The notes under the pieces were generated by a model, which was given only the letters and a program-made list of their open reading frames with translations, ran no database searches and was not told the origin of the DNA. From NCBI GenBank assembly GCA_016933575.1, contig JAFGAR010000005.1:1-64000 (forward strand): 64,000 nt of DNA, given 5' to 3'. Source of the DNA: Candidatus Thorarchaeota archaeon (GTDB lineage: Archaea > Asgardarchaeota > Thorarchaeia > Thorarchaeales > Thorarchaeaceae). Shown here piece after piece: positions 30,959 to 41,513 of the stretch; the stretch's first letter is position 1, and each line of letters begins with the position of its first letter. The position numbers and the translations under genes were made by a program.

Positions 30959-31225
30959 CTACATGCGAGATACTCGTTCGACTTCGACCTGTGATACGCC
31001 TTCAATAGCGCTAATCGCAGTTTCGATGTCATCAGTACCACCCATGGACTCTTCTCGTGCAAGATTCATCCGGATTGCTTTCAGGCCAAAAGCTACTGGT
31101 TGAGTTTCAGTTGCACCAATATCGGTCCCCTCTGGAACAGCACTCTTGATTCGCTCAAGGAGATCATCCAAGTCTATGTCTACGCCATCCGGCATTACCT
31201 TGATTGTCATAACTACTCTTGCCAT
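30959..31225 (-). CDS. ef1b: Translation elongation factor aEF-1 beta
   Basis: IKVMPDGVDIDL...PVAFGLKAI...IEGVSQVEV. Confidence 0.93.
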   Translation of the reverse strand: MARVVMTIKVMPDGVDIDLDDLLERIKSAVPEGTDIGATETQPVAFGLKAIRMNLAREESMGGTDDIETAISAIEGVSQVEVERVSRM

Positions 31226-31247
31226 TGAATCTCATCTCCGTCTGGTT

Positions 31248-31415
31248 CTATGGGCCTTCAAAACCACAGTTTGGGCAGGTGTATCTATTGGAAAAGCGTC
31301 TGCATGATTCGCAACGCCAAATTGTAAATTCACCACATGATGGGCACTGGAACTTGACGCTATTCTCTTGCGGGGAAATTGAAGAGTGGCAAGATGTACA
31401 CCTAGTAGCTTTCAT
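31248..31415 (-). CDS. Zn-ribbon RNA-binding protein (DUF1610 family), 55 aa, missed by ORF track
   Basis: Translated by hand: [55 protein letters not shown]; usual position upstream of EF-1beta. Confidence 0.92.
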   Translation of the reverse strand: MKATRCTSCHSSISPQENSVKFQCPSCGEFTIWRCESCRRFSNRYTCPNCGFEGP

Positions 31416-31574
31416 TATTGTAAACCATCACCAGAAGGGTTGTAACCGACACACACTGTACCAGTTTTGGCCCCGATTTGACCAGTTGTTATAAAGTTGT
31501 CGAAGTGTAATTCCTCTCAAAAGAATAAAAGGCCTGATATCCATACTTTGGGTGAATTCCAAGGAGTTGATTGG

Positions 31575-32609
31575 ATGGGAACAAAACTCGCTGACATTAT
31601 TGAGGCACAAACACTCGCGCTCACAGATCTTTCAGGTAAGACTTTGGCTATTGATGCCTTCAACACTATCTATTCCTTTCTTGCAACAATTCGTCAACCT
31701 GATGGAACCCCACTCACTGATAGACATGGGCGAGTCACAAGTCATCTCAGCGGTCTATTCTACCGAAATGTCAACCTGCTCGAAAACGGAATAAGTCCAG
31801 TCTATGTCTTCGATGGAGAATCCCCAGAGCTGAAAGCAGCTGAAGTGCAGAGAAGACGTGAGATTCGTGATAGCGCATACGAAGAATGGAAGATTGCTAA
31901 AGAAGAGGGACGAATTGAAGATGCGAGACGAGCCGGACAAGCTAGTTCAAGGCTCACAGGTCCTATGATTGATGAATCCAAGGACCTATTACACGCCCTT
32001 GGAATACCTGTGATTCAAGCGCCTTCTGAAGGGGAGGCAATTGCTGCTCAGATGGCCAGAGACAATCTTGTTTGGGCAAGTGCAAGCCAAGACAATGACT
32101 CTTTGTTATACAACTGTCCCAGAATGATTCGAAACCTATCAATATCTGGTCGTCGAAGGGTCGCTAGATCTCAGAAGTATAAGAACATAGATCCGGAATT
32201 AATAGTACTTGACATCAATCTAAAATTACTTGGAATATCTAGGGAACAACTCATCGATATTGCGATTCTCGTGGGAACTGACTACAACGATGGGGTCAAA
32301 GGAATTGGTCCCAAGACAGCACTAAAGCTAGTCAAGGGTCATTCTAATCTCGAGGGAATTGAAAAGGACCGTGGCGAGAAATTTGACATTCCTTATGATG
32401 AAATCCGCGAAATCTTTCTACATCCACCAAAGATGGACATCTCAGCCCCCAAATGGACTGATCCAAAACCTAATGATATTGTCAAAATACTCTGTAAGGA
32501 ACACGATTTTAGTGATTCACGTGTTGAAAAATCACTAGAACGACTTCATGAAGCCTTAGAAGAAAACAGAGGATCAACCCATCAGAGCGCGCTCTCAGAT
32601 TTCTTTTAG
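31575..32609 (+). CDS. fen: Flap endonuclease 1
   Basis: IDAFNTIYSFLATIRQPDG, APSEGEA, GTDYN, GIGPKTA, C-terminal PIP box QSALSDFF. Confidence 0.97.
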   Translation: MGTKLADIIEAQTLALTDLSGKTLAIDAFNTIYSFLATIRQPDGTPLTDRHGRVTSHLSGLFYRNVNLLENGISPVYVFDGESPELKAAEVQRRREIRDSAYEEWKIAKEEGRIEDARRAGQASSRLTGPMIDESKDLLHALGIPVIQAPSEGEAIAAQMARDNLVWASASQDNDSLLYNCPRMIRNLSISGRRRVARSQKYKNIDPELIVLDINLKLLGISREQLIDIAILVGTDYNDGVKGIGPKTALKLVKGHSNLEGIEKDRGEKFDIPYDEIREIFLHPPKMDISAPKWTDPKPNDIVKILCKEHDFSDSRVEKSLERLHEALEENRGSTHQSALSDFF

Positions 32610-32718
32610 CTTTCATAGGAAAACAGAGATAAATCAAACACTCTGAGATGAACTAGTTCCCGTGACTCATAAATAGCTAGAAACCTATCAATAGTTGTGG
32701 AAAAGGAGAACCCCACAT

Positions 32719-33423
32719 ATGCAAGAAAGAATGACTGCAGTCAGAGCATCAGTGTCTGACATTGTTAATGGAAAATTTGGAGAGGGAAATGGTGCCCATG
32801 TAATCTCTCCTCTTGGTGTAGAACTTAGGCGGGTGGTCCTCGTCGGGTTTGTAGTGAGTAGATTTCAGAAGAGTGCTGATTCCGATGGAAAACGGTTTGA
32901 GAGCATCACACTCGATGATGGCACAGATACAATCCGTATCAAAGTGTGGGGTGAAGAAGATGCTGCATTACTCAAGGATGTAAAGGAAAACATCCTTGCA
33001 CTTGTCATAGGAAAAATCAGAAAATATGAAGATGAGATCTATATCATTCCAGAGATTGTGCGAGAACTAAAGGACCCCAATTTTATGGGCTTGCACATGG
33101 TACAGAGATATCAGGCTATTCTCACACGTAGTGGTGTATCAATGCCTGTCACTGCTGAAAGCGGTCAACAATTACTCACACAATCTCCTGCAAGGATGAA
33201 GGCTGCAACTCTTGGAGGTGTAGCAAAACAAATCCTCAACTTCATCGAACTACATGCTGATCCTGAGGCTTCTCCACCTCAGGGGGTTCATATGCAAGAC
33301 ATTGTGGCTTTCTTCAAGGGAAAAGGACACGAGTCCATGGACATCCAAGTGAAGGTCTTTGACTTATTGGCTGATGGACTGATCAGTGAGATTGATCCAG
33401 CTCGATATCTTCCTGCTAGTTAG
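32719..33423 (+). CDS. RPA32-like OB-fold protein with C-terminal winged helix
   Basis: RRVVLVGFVV...LDDGTDTIRIKVW...IGKIRKY; C-terminal LLADGLISE. Confidence 0.75.
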   Translation: MQERMTAVRASVSDIVNGKFGEGNGAHVISPLGVELRRVVLVGFVVSRFQKSADSDGKRFESITLDDGTDTIRIKVWGEEDAALLKDVKENILALVIGKIRKYEDEIYIIPEIVRELKDPNFMGLHMVQRYQAILTRSGVSMPVTAESGQQLLTQSPARMKAATLGGVAKQILNFIELHADPEASPPQGVHMQDIVAFFKGKGHESMDIQVKVFDLLADGLISEIDPARYLPAS

Positions 33424-33481
33424 TGATATCAACAGCCACCAGAACAATACCTTCAATAGTGTTCAATGAGGAATTTCAACT

Positions 33482-33895
33482 ATGGACGACTACGATAACC
33501 TTCTTGAGCGAGCAAGAGCTCAAGTCCCTGAAGATGCATTCAAGCGCTCTGGTGAACGATTCAAGGTACCTGAAGTACAATTGATGGTCCAAGGCAACCG
33601 TAGCATGTGGCAGAATTTTCAGGACATCATCAACGTTCTCAACCGACCCGGTAGGGAGGTCTTGAAGTTTGTATCAGGACAGCTTGGAACTGCTGGAAAT
33701 GTTGAGGGTGGTAATGCAATCTTCAATGGTAAGTTCACAGCAGAACTGGTGAACGAAGTCCTTCTCCGCTACATCGATTCCTATGTGATATGCCCAGTCT
33801 GCACTCGTCCTGATACTGAGATCACTAAGGAACGAGGAGCATATTATTTGATCTGCTCCGCTTGTGGCGCGAGAACGGCTATTAGGCCTGTTTAG
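33482..33895 (+). CDS. eif2b: Translation initiation factor aIF2 beta
   Basis: YDNLLERA, ERFKVP, YVICPVCTRPDT...CSACGA. Confidence 0.95.
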   Translation: MDDYDNLLERARAQVPEDAFKRSGERFKVPEVQLMVQGNRSMWQNFQDIINVLNRPGREVLKFVSGQLGTAGNVEGGNAIFNGKFTAELVNEVLLRYIDSYVICPVCTRPDTEITKERGAYYLICSACGARTAIRPV

Positions 33896-33919
33896 AATCA
33901 AATCAATTCTTCTCTATTT

Positions 33920-34066
33920 TCAATTTGGAGGAAGTTTGAAAATACCTGGTTGTGCATCTGCTTTCGAGTGACAGCTTTTGCATAGAACCAGAAGCCACTC
34001 ATCAGGATAATCATTTGGATTACACCCTTTGTCAATCCAATCATCCAACGGAGAAGCATTCAGTTC
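33920..34066 (-). pseudogene. C-terminal remnant of an HNH-type endonuclease
   Basis: Hand translation with no start codon: ELNASPLDDWIDKGCNPNDYPDEWLLVLCKSCHSKADAQPGIFKLPPN*. Confidence 0.5.
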
Positions 34067-34115
34067 TTAGATTCTAAATTTAAAAGACTATTCAGATAGC
34101 CATTAGAGGAATAGA

Positions 34116-34568
34116 ATGATGTTTGATAGAATTATGAATGAGATCAAAGACGCTTTTCTAATCAATCAAGAAATTATGCTGAAGGCAGGAATTGAAGAGA
34201 ATGATGTGTTTCCTGAAGAGTTGATAGAATACTTTTCAGGTAAAACCCCCTCTGATGATATGACTACCTTGGAAGATGTTCTTTCGCACCGATGGCTCTT
34301 ACTACATGAGTTAGCAGAACTAAAGAATTTGAAACATAAGGGGTATCGAATCTCAAGAACGCTTGTATGGGAGCATTATGAAGATGTTCTTGATGCACAT
34401 ATTATAGCCACCACGCTTGAGCTAAGGATGGCTTTGGAGTACAATGACGTTGATTGGGTTAAGGCGCGTGTCAGACTAATTCCATCATGGCTTGAAGATC
34501 CAAATGTATCGCAGAATTTCCGAAAGGCTTGTGAAACTCTAACAAAAGAGTATACGACCGAAATCTAA
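34116..34568 (+). CDS. Hypothetical protein with HExxE motif
   Basis: WLLLHELAE...DAHIIA; GAGGA SD. Confidence 0.6.
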   Translation: MMFDRIMNEIKDAFLINQEIMLKAGIEENDVFPEELIEYFSGKTPSDDMTTLEDVLSHRWLLLHELAELKNLKHKGYRISRTLVWEHYEDVLDAHIIATTLELRMALEYNDVDWVKARVRLIPSWLEDPNVSQNFRKACETLTKEYTTEI

Positions 34569-34676
34569 CATTGAGGTACTAGTGAGGTCTTATGATTTAA
34601 CAGAGAACTTCATAAGGACACACCAAGAGTCTATATTGAACTTGGACTTCCAACGTATAAACCGGAGAGTTCAATC

Positions 34677-34976
34677 ATGCCTCAAGTCTACCTGCGTGTC
34701 AGCGAAACTCACGACCACTATGTTGTTGCAATATGTGACAAACCACTTCTGGGCAAGACCCTCACTCAAGGTGCAATCAAGTTCAAAATAAGTGAGGAGT
34801 TCTATGGAGGTGACTTGGTTGACCAAAAGACTTGCCTCAGCCACCTTGAAAGGGCGACGATTGCCAATCTAGTGGGTAAAAAGTCAGTCCAGACTGCAAT
34901 CAATGCTGGACTGGTACATGAACAGGCTGTCATCTATATCGAAGGACACCCGCATGCACAATGGGTCAAACTTTGA
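34677..34976 (+). CDS. DUF424 family protein
   Basis: VVAICDKPLLGK...FYGG...ATIANLVG. Confidence 0.85.
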   Translation: MPQVYLRVSETHDHYVVAICDKPLLGKTLTQGAIKFKISEEFYGGDLVDQKTCLSHLERATIANLVGKKSVQTAINAGLVHEQAVIYIEGHPHAQWVKL

Positions 34977-34993
34977 TTCTGTTATCTGATTGA

Positions 34994-35377
34994 TTAGTGG
35001 CTATGAACTCCACCGCCAGAACAAAGACCATCACGGTCCATCATCTGACTTCGACCAGCGATATACTTGTGAACTGCCTCTCCAGCTGTTTCGCCTTCTC
35101 CTCTAACAACGGTCAATCCTACTTGCTGAGCCACCATGTATGGTCTCATGCCCATACCCATCGTTATGAGGACATTTACTCCAAGATTAGCTAGATTGTT
35201 CACTGGTTCTGCGCATGAACTGTGTGAGAGATTTGGAACAGACATAACATCAACAATCTCTCCATCCTTTACAGTTGATACAATAAACGCTTTACAGTGG
35301 CCAAAATGTCCACTCACAGGGCTATCAAGCCCGTTATCAATGTCTGCAGTTACTGCTATTTTTTCAATGCTCATCAT
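34994..35377 (-). CDS. NifB/NifX-family (FeMo-cofactor-binding-like) protein
   Basis: VSGHFGHCKAF, GVNVLITMGMG. Confidence 0.85.
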   Translation of the reverse strand: MMSIEKIAVTADIDNGLDSPVSGHFGHCKAFIVSTVKDGEIVDVMSVPNLSHSSCAEPVNNLANLGVNVLITMGMGMRPYMVAQQVGLTVVRGEGETAGEAVHKYIAGRSQMMDRDGLCSGGGVHSH

Positions 35378-35808
35378 TCATCACTTTCTCTCTTCTTTTT
35401 GTCCCATCGAAGCCATCGTAGTCTCTTTGAACCACATTGCTTGCAAGTGCTCTTATCTTCAGAACTCATGTCCATAGTAGCCCCACAGTCCAAGCATTCT
35501 AAGGTCCCACTTCCATCAGTCAAGACGTATCTTCCTCCTTCAATGCGGAGAACAAATCCTTGAACCAACATCTTTGCTACTTTTCCTCTCGCTGAAGATA
35601 GGACTCTGTTGAACGTTGGCTGACTGATGTGCATTTCTACACTTGCTTCTCTCTGGCTAAGACCTTCAAAGTCTGCCAGTCGAATCGCCTCGAATTCATC
35701 AATAGTAACTAGAATCTCATCCAATTCTTTTGCTGGTATTCCTGCCGGCTTATAGACTGACACAGGTGGTTCTCGTGTGACAATTCGATGCCGTTTTCTT
35801 CGAGGCAT
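35374..35808 (-). CDS. DUF134 DNA-binding protein with C-terminal Zn ribbon
   Basis: MPRRKRHR...EFEAIRLADFEGLSQ...ISQPTF...CLDC...CKQC. Confidence 0.88.
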   Translation of the reverse strand: MPRRKRHRIVTREPPVSVYKPAGIPAKELDEILVTIDEFEAIRLADFEGLSQREASVEMHISQPTFNRVLSSARGKVAKMLVQGFVLRIEGGRYVLTDGSGTLECLDCGATMDMSSEDKSTCKQCGSKRLRWLRWDKKKRESDE

Positions 35809-35916
35809 ATGTTTTCACCAGAACAGACTAACAAAAGACTTGTGCTCTTACCTAATTCTTGAGGAACAGTCGAATAGTCCACATTTTAAGCACAAAAATA
35901 CAGCATTTTATTGTTG

Positions 35917-37023
35917 ATGCCTGTGACAGCCCCATGTTATATCTGTGGTAAGAAGTCGGTTATTGATGGCTTATGTGCGACCTGTTATGACGAAGGCCAT
36001 CCATTGATTGAGATCTCGACGCCACTGACATTACTTGCATGTAAAAAATGTGGAGCTATAAAGGTTCCCGGGGGTTGGAGAAAGGTATCTTCCAGATATG
36101 AATCACCTGAAGAGCTTGCAGATTATCAGATTGACATTGTTCTTCAAAATGAGATCAAGTATCTTGTTGATGATGTTAGTATTTCTTTAGAAGAGATTAG
36201 AAAGCTTGATCGGGTGACCCACTTGGTCATCCAGGCGATTGGAAAATCTCATGAGAAACTTCCGCTGCATGAGGAAAAGTATCCAGTAGAGATTCGATTC
36301 AGTTATGGTACATGTGATACTTGTGGAATGTTAAGTGGAGGGTATTATGAGGTCACTCTTCAAATCCGTGCAGATGGTCGAGAATTAAATGACACAGAAA
36401 GAAGAGATATTGAAAAATTAGTGACCAATATGACTGTTGCAAAATACACTTCTGATGACAAGGCCTTTGTAACCAGTATGACCGAGGACAAATATGGTCT
36501 TGACATTCTAATTGGGTCTGAAAACCTTGGCAAGACTATAGCTGACGAACTTGAAGCTCGATACCTTGCTGAGCGCAAGGAAAATTACAAGCTAATTGGG
36601 GAAGATAAGACTGGGAAGAGGAAATATCGCATAACGATACTGATTAGACTTCCTCGATTCTCTGTGGGCGATTTCGTTCTAGTGGATGAACGACCTTGCC
36701 AGATACTTGCAATGACCAGGAATAATCTCACATGCTTCGACTTGAAGAGCAGAGCACGCTTCACCATGAATCCCCAGAGTGCACGTTGGCGGACATTGCA
36801 GTTTTTAACCCCTCAGTCTGAAAGTCGTGAGTTTATGATCGTCACTCATGTCTACGGGCAACCCGTCCAGATTATGGACTCGACAAACTTTGTAATCACT
36901 TATGTGGATGAAGATCTGTTCGAGGGTGAAATAAACACTGGAAGTAAAATTTTTGGAGTCGTCTTTGAAGATAGACTGTACTTACTACCTACTCAAAATC
37001 AGAACAACGAGAACGAGGTGTGA
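35917..37023 (+). CDS. nmd3: NMD3 ribosome maturation protein
   Basis: CYICG...GLCATC...CKKCG...CDTCG...GYYEVTLQIR. Confidence 0.88.
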   Translation: MPVTAPCYICGKKSVIDGLCATCYDEGHPLIEISTPLTLLACKKCGAIKVPGGWRKVSSRYESPEELADYQIDIVLQNEIKYLVDDVSISLEEIRKLDRVTHLVIQAIGKSHEKLPLHEEKYPVEIRFSYGTCDTCGMLSGGYYEVTLQIRADGRELNDTERRDIEKLVTNMTVAKYTSDDKAFVTSMTEDKYGLDILIGSENLGKTIADELEARYLAERKENYKLIGEDKTGKRKYRITILIRLPRFSVGDFVLVDERPCQILAMTRNNLTCFDLKSRARFTMNPQSARWRTLQFLTPQSESREFMIVTHVYGQPVQIMDSTNFVITYVDEDLFEGEINTGSKIFGVVFEDRLYLLPTQNQNNENEV

Positions 37024-37127
37024 GAAAGGCTATTGACTCAATCAATTCGGTACTCTTAAATGTCTCACTTCCGAATCAAGATTAATCGCTACAGGACTTT
37101 GGTCCAGCGGTTTACCGGAGGAATATT

Positions 37128-37457
37128 TTGTCCTATAAGAAACGTGGTGGTCAACCACCTACAAGTCCAACCGAACCCATGAGAGTCAGGACTCCAAATA
37201 AGAACGATGGAGAGATGTTTGGAATAATAATTCAGATGCTAGGTTATGATAGAGTCCGAGTTAGATGCGAAGATGGTAACATAAGAGTTGGTCGTATTCC
37301 TGGTCGTATGAAAAAGAGGGTTTGGATGAGAGTTGGTGACACGGTTCTTCTTGTCCCTTGGGATTTTCAAACCGAAGAGAAGTGTGATGTCATATACCGA
37401 TATCGTGGAAATGAGCTAGATTGGCTTGAAAAACGCGGAATTCTCAAGATGTTTTGA
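37128..37457 (+). CDS. eif1a: Translation initiation factor aIF1A
   Basis: MLGYDRVRVRCEDG...RIPGRMKKRVWMRVGD...PWDFQ. Confidence 0.96.
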   Translation: MSYKKRGGQPPTSPTEPMRVRTPNKNDGEMFGIIIQMLGYDRVRVRCEDGNIRVGRIPGRMKKRVWMRVGDTVLLVPWDFQTEEKCDVIYRYRGNELDWLEKRGILKMF

Positions 37458-37518
37458 TGAAGCTAAGCCTTTTCTGAAATCTGCATATTACTAATGTAGA
37501 TGAATATACCTACATACA

Positions 37519-38325
37519 TTGGGATGGCATTATCAATTGAAGCGAGCAGAGAAAGAATACGAACGGTATCAGTCTGAGTTGGATAACCGCAGAATGAAAC
37601 GTCGTAAGGATGTGGATGAATTCAAAGTAGTAGAAGGTGTCATCGATCCTCCCACCTTGAAAATTCTCTATAAACTTCTGAATCGCGGTATTATCAAGGC
37701 TCTACATGGAGCAATCAGTACAGGAAAAGAAGCAAACGTGTATAGGGGAATTGATAGTGATGATCATCCTGTTGCTGTGAAAATCTATCGGGTCAGCACA
37801 GCAGAGACTGATTTCATGTTAGAATACATCATCGGAGATCCTAGGTTCAAGAAAGTAAAACGCCAGAGTCGAGCTTTGATTCCCCAATGGGCTATGAAAG
37901 AGTTCGTTAATCTCAAACGCTATCATGGCGCAGGTATTCGCGTTCCAAGACCTATTGATATTGAACGAAATGTGTTGATCATGGAATTCATAGGCGATGT
38001 TGAACAGACTCTTCCGGCTCCTCTCCTGAAGAATGTTGAAATTCCATCCCCTGTAGACACATTCAATGAGATAATTGACATGATTGAAAGAGGATATACA
38101 AAGGCAGAGCTAGTGCATGCAGATCTCAGTGAATATAACATTCTTTGGGACAATGGTCCTGTCTTCATTGATGTTTCTCAGTCTGTTCTCCTCACCCACG
38201 GTAATGCCAAAAAGTACCTCCTCCGTGATATTCAAAACATAACTCATTTCTTCACGAAACTTGGTGTAGCAACTGAAGACCCTGAGAATATTGCCCGACA
38301 GATTATTGCAGAAGGTGTGAGCTAA
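37519..38325 (+). CDS. rio1: RIO1 serine kinase
   Basis: ISTGKEANVY, LVHADLSEYNIL, IDVSQSV. Confidence 0.95.
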   Translation: MGWHYQLKRAEKEYERYQSELDNRRMKRRKDVDEFKVVEGVIDPPTLKILYKLLNRGIIKALHGAISTGKEANVYRGIDSDDHPVAVKIYRVSTAETDFMLEYIIGDPRFKKVKRQSRALIPQWAMKEFVNLKRYHGAGIRVPRPIDIERNVLIMEFIGDVEQTLPAPLLKNVEIPSPVDTFNEIIDMIERGYTKAELVHADLSEYNILWDNGPVFIDVSQSVLLTHGNAKKYLLRDIQNITHFFTKLGVATEDPENIARQIIAEGVS

Positions 38326-38326
38326 A

Positions 38327-38893
38327 TTGGCATTCAAAGATATCATTAGAGTTCCCCAAGACAGAATTGGTGTAATCGTCGGACGTAATGGTAAGGTACG
38401 AAAAAGAATAGAAGAATTGACTAATGTCAAACTCGACATAGACTCAGAAGGCATAGTGACAATCAGTAGTCCATCTGGCACAGAAGATCCTATTCTAGCA
38501 TGGAAAGCAAGAGATATTGTTCGAGCAATCGCAAGGGGCTTTAGTCCAAAGAATGCCATGACTCTCATAGATGAAGACGCAATGCTGCTTGTAATTTCAC
38601 TTCGTGATGTTGTTGGCACATCTCCTAATCAGATAAAACGGGTTGCAGGGAGAATAATTGGTGAGAATGGTAGGACCCGACGAGTGATTGAACAGGTCAC
38701 AGAGACCAAACTTGCAGTCTATGGCAGAACTATTTCTATTATTGGAATGAATCCTGGACTTGATTACGCTCGCAGAGCTATTGACATGTTAATTGCTGGA
38801 GCACCACATAGTGCTGTATATGCCAGGCTCGAGAATATGCGTCGTGACATGAACCGTCAACGAGCAGAACTGTGGGAGGAAACAGACCTCTAG
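38327..38893 (+). CDS. KH-domain rRNA-processing protein (Dim2/Pno1/Krr1 family)
   Basis: RIGVIVGRNG, AIARGFSP, GRIIGENGRTR, GAPHSAVY. Confidence 0.92.
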   Translation: MAFKDIIRVPQDRIGVIVGRNGKVRKRIEELTNVKLDIDSEGIVTISSPSGTEDPILAWKARDIVRAIARGFSPKNAMTLIDEDAMLLVISLRDVVGTSPNQIKRVAGRIIGENGRTRRVIEQVTETKLAVYGRTISIIGMNPGLDYARRAIDMLIAGAPHSAVYARLENMRRDMNRQRAELWEETDL

Positions 38894-38941
38894 CTATCTG
38901 TGTAATACCCCGTCTAATATCGCAAGTTCTCGAATACACTC

Positions 38942-40468
38942 TTGAGCAACATGAACCAAAAGACACCTCTTGAAACAACGTTTGGCAGTATCTCTCCAGC
39001 TGAGTTTTTCTACAGAAACCGGCAGATGGCAGGTTTTGGCAACTCTAGTCAGGCCGTCTATTCAACAATAAGAGAACTCGTGGAGAATAGTCTAGATTCG
39101 TGTGAAGATGCAGAAAGATATCCTGACGTCCATATCAGAATCTCATGTGAAGAGTCTGACATTCTCTCAGTTCGTGTTGCTGATAATGGAACTGGTGTCC
39201 CTGCTGAATATGTACCAGAAGCTTTTGGAAAAATTCTCTTTGGCAGTAAATATCATGAACGACAAAGACGAGGCACGTTTGGACTTGGTGTGACGATGGC
39301 AGTCCTTTACGGACAAATTACTGCCAATTCTCCAGTTCTTATCCACACGAGAAGTAGAAATACAAGTGGTACGGAATATACACTCTTCATTGATGTCGAA
39401 TCAAACGAACCTCTGATAGAAGCAACCAACCTCCAAGAAAGAGAATATGAAGGAACAACGATCACACTTAGAATTCAAGGTGATTTGAAACGTGTTCAAG
39501 AGCGTATTGTTGAATATCTGCGTCTTACTGCAGTATCTACACCCCATTCAAAAATCTCACTAGATATAGATGGTTCAGAAACTATCGAATTCGGAAGATG
39601 GTCTAATGAGATTCCACCCCTTGTACTGAGTTCAAAGCCACACCCTCGAGCCGCAGATTTGGAGTTGTTACGCCGTTTCATGCAAAGAGTAGGCAACAAA
39701 CGGCTGCAAGATTTCTTAATTGATTCATTTCAGAAGGTTGGTGTGAAGACATCTACGCGCTTTTTGAGGTTCATCTCGTTCGATCCGAACCAAGAAACTA
39801 ACACATTGACGAGGGATGATTTGAGTCGAATCAGTGAAGCACTACGTAAGTATGATGACTTTGAGAGTCCAGACCCAAGAAGTCTAAGTCCTATCGGAAA
39901 GAGTCCTATCATTGATGGATTGAATTCGACATTCAACGTTTCAAATATTCACTATTCCATTCGTCCCCCCTCTGAGTGGCAAGGAAATCCATTCATTGTA
40001 GAAGGCGCAATTGTTCTCAGTGATGACTTCGCACGTTCTGAGATTCCAACTCTCTATCGTTTTGCTAATCGTGTCCCCCTTCTATACGACTCCAGTGAAG
40101 ATGTCATGACAAAGGCACTGAAACGAATTAACTGGAAACGATATACCATAGGTGCATCTTCTCCTGCTGCTCTCTTTGTTCATTTGTGTTCCACTCGAAT
40201 TCCTTACAAAGCCGCAGGAAAACAATCTATTGGTACAATCTCAGAAATCGAAAATGAGCTTCTATATCTGTTCAAAGAACTGGGTCGTAGATTCAATAAA
40301 GGGCTACGGAAAGAACAGAGATCCGTCCGTGAATCTAAGAAAATGCGTGAATTTGCTAGGACTTTCAGGAATCTCGTGAAATTTAGTGCAGATCTCGCTG
40401 ATTTTGAAGGAATCCCGAAGACTAGTCATCTAATACAACAACTATTCGAGGTCGCCTCTGATGAATGA
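38942..40468 (+). CDS. top6B: DNA topoisomerase VI subunit B
   Basis: ISPAEFFYRN, ELVENSLD, DNGTG, RGTFGLG, RFANRVPLLY. Confidence 0.95.
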   Translation: MSNMNQKTPLETTFGSISPAEFFYRNRQMAGFGNSSQAVYSTIRELVENSLDSCEDAERYPDVHIRISCEESDILSVRVADNGTGVPAEYVPEAFGKILFGSKYHERQRRGTFGLGVTMAVLYGQITANSPVLIHTRSRNTSGTEYTLFIDVESNEPLIEATNLQEREYEGTTITLRIQGDLKRVQERIVEYLRLTAVSTPHSKISLDIDGSETIEFGRWSNEIPPLVLSSKPHPRAADLELLRRFMQRVGNKRLQDFLIDSFQKVGVKTSTRFLRFISFDPNQETNTLTRDDLSRISEALRKYDDFESPDPRSLSPIGKSPIIDGLNSTFNVSNIHYSIRPPSEWQGNPFIVEGAIVLSDDFARSEIPTLYRFANRVPLLYDSSEDVMTKALKRINWKRYTIGASSPAALFVHLCSTRIPYKAAGKQSIGTISEIENELLYLFKELGRRFNKGLRKEQRSVRESKKMREFARTFRNLVKFSADLADFEGIPKTSHLIQQLFEVASDE

Positions 40469-41513
40469 TATTGCTCAAGCAAATCGTAAACTCTGTGAAT
40501 TAGGTCACAGAATTCTCGAACCCATTCTTGATGATAAATTCCCTATCATTGAGATTCCAGATAGGAACACAAGTAATATCGAATATGAAACCAGTCGTAA
40601 TCGATTCGTGTTAGGTTCATCAGTTACTATCAGGGACTCCAGTAATATCAAACATATCAGAAGTTTTGCACAACTTGCATGGGTAGCCTCTTTTGCAAAA
40701 CGGCTTTTAGCAGCCTCACGAACAAGTTCTCTTCGTGATGTATACTATTCCAGCGAAGCCTTTGGTGTAAATTTCAAGGACCAAGCGGAATCTGATCGAA
40801 TAGTGTTGGATTTGGAGTGTATAACTGGGCTTTCCCGAGAATCCTTTGGTATATTTCCAGACGAACATTCTTCTGTCTATGGAGATGTTCAGATGAGGTA
40901 TACAGTCCCAGGGTATAGTGGCCGTGAGATTGACTTAACTATCAGTCCAGATGGACTTCCTATTGGTCCTGCACTAATGACTGCTGAACCAATCCGGACA
41001 AATGCAGAGATAATCCTAGCTGTGGAGTCTGGAGGTATGTTCTCTCGTCTTATTGAAACCAGGGCTTGGGAGCGATTCAAAGCTATATTGATTCAACTTG
41101 GTGGTCAACCACCTCGTGCAACTAGGAGTCTAATACGGACTCTGCATGATGAATTAGATCTTGCTGTGTATATATTCACTGATGGTGATCCCTGGGGAAT
41201 GCACATAGCCCGTGTTATCATGTCTGGCAGCGCAAATTCTGCTCATATTGAAGGCTTAACTACGCCAACAGCAAAATGGATTGGAGTCACTTCTCAAGAC
41301 ATCGAACACTATTCTCTCCCCTCCGAAAAGATGAGTGATTCTGACCTCAAACGGCTCGATGAGCTCTCAAGAGACCCTCGATATTCTAGTAAGGAGTGGC
41401 AAATGCATATTGATGGTTTCAGAAAACTCAGAGAAAAGGCTGAACAACAGGCATTTAGTAGATATGGAATGGATTTTGTAGTAGATACATACCTACCTGA
41501 GAAATTGGTCTAG
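40461..41513 (+). CDS. top6A: DNA topoisomerase VI subunit A (Spo11 homolog)
   Basis: LRDVYY catalytic Tyr, TOPRIM E and FTDGDPWG, KAEQQA. Confidence 0.95.
   Translation: MNDIAQANRKLCELGHRILEPILDDKFPIIEIPDRNTSNIEYETSRNRFVLGSSVTIRDSSNIKHIRSFAQLAWVASFAKRLLAASRTSSLRDVYYSSEAFGVNFKDQAESDRIVLDLECITGLSRESFGIFPDEHSSVYGDVQMRYTVPGYSGREIDLTISPDGLPIGPALMTAEPIRTNAEIILAVESGGMFSRLIETRAWERFKAILIQLGGQPPRATRSLIRTLHDELDLAVYIFTDGDPWGMHIARVIMSGSANSAHIEGLTTPTAKWIGVTSQDIEHYSLPSEKMSDSDLKRLDELSRDPRYSSKEWQMHIDGFRKLREKAEQQAFSRYGMDFVVDTYLPEKLV

Noticed and set aside
34994-35808. NifB/NifX-like gene as evidence of nitrogen fixation
   Set aside because: DUF134-NifX pairs are widespread in non-diazotrophs and no nif genes are present
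38942-41513. Topo VI as a meiotic Spo11-like novelty
   Set aside because: Catalytic motifs are intact and the aIF1A-RIO1-KH-top6B-top6A order is the ordinary archaeal cluster
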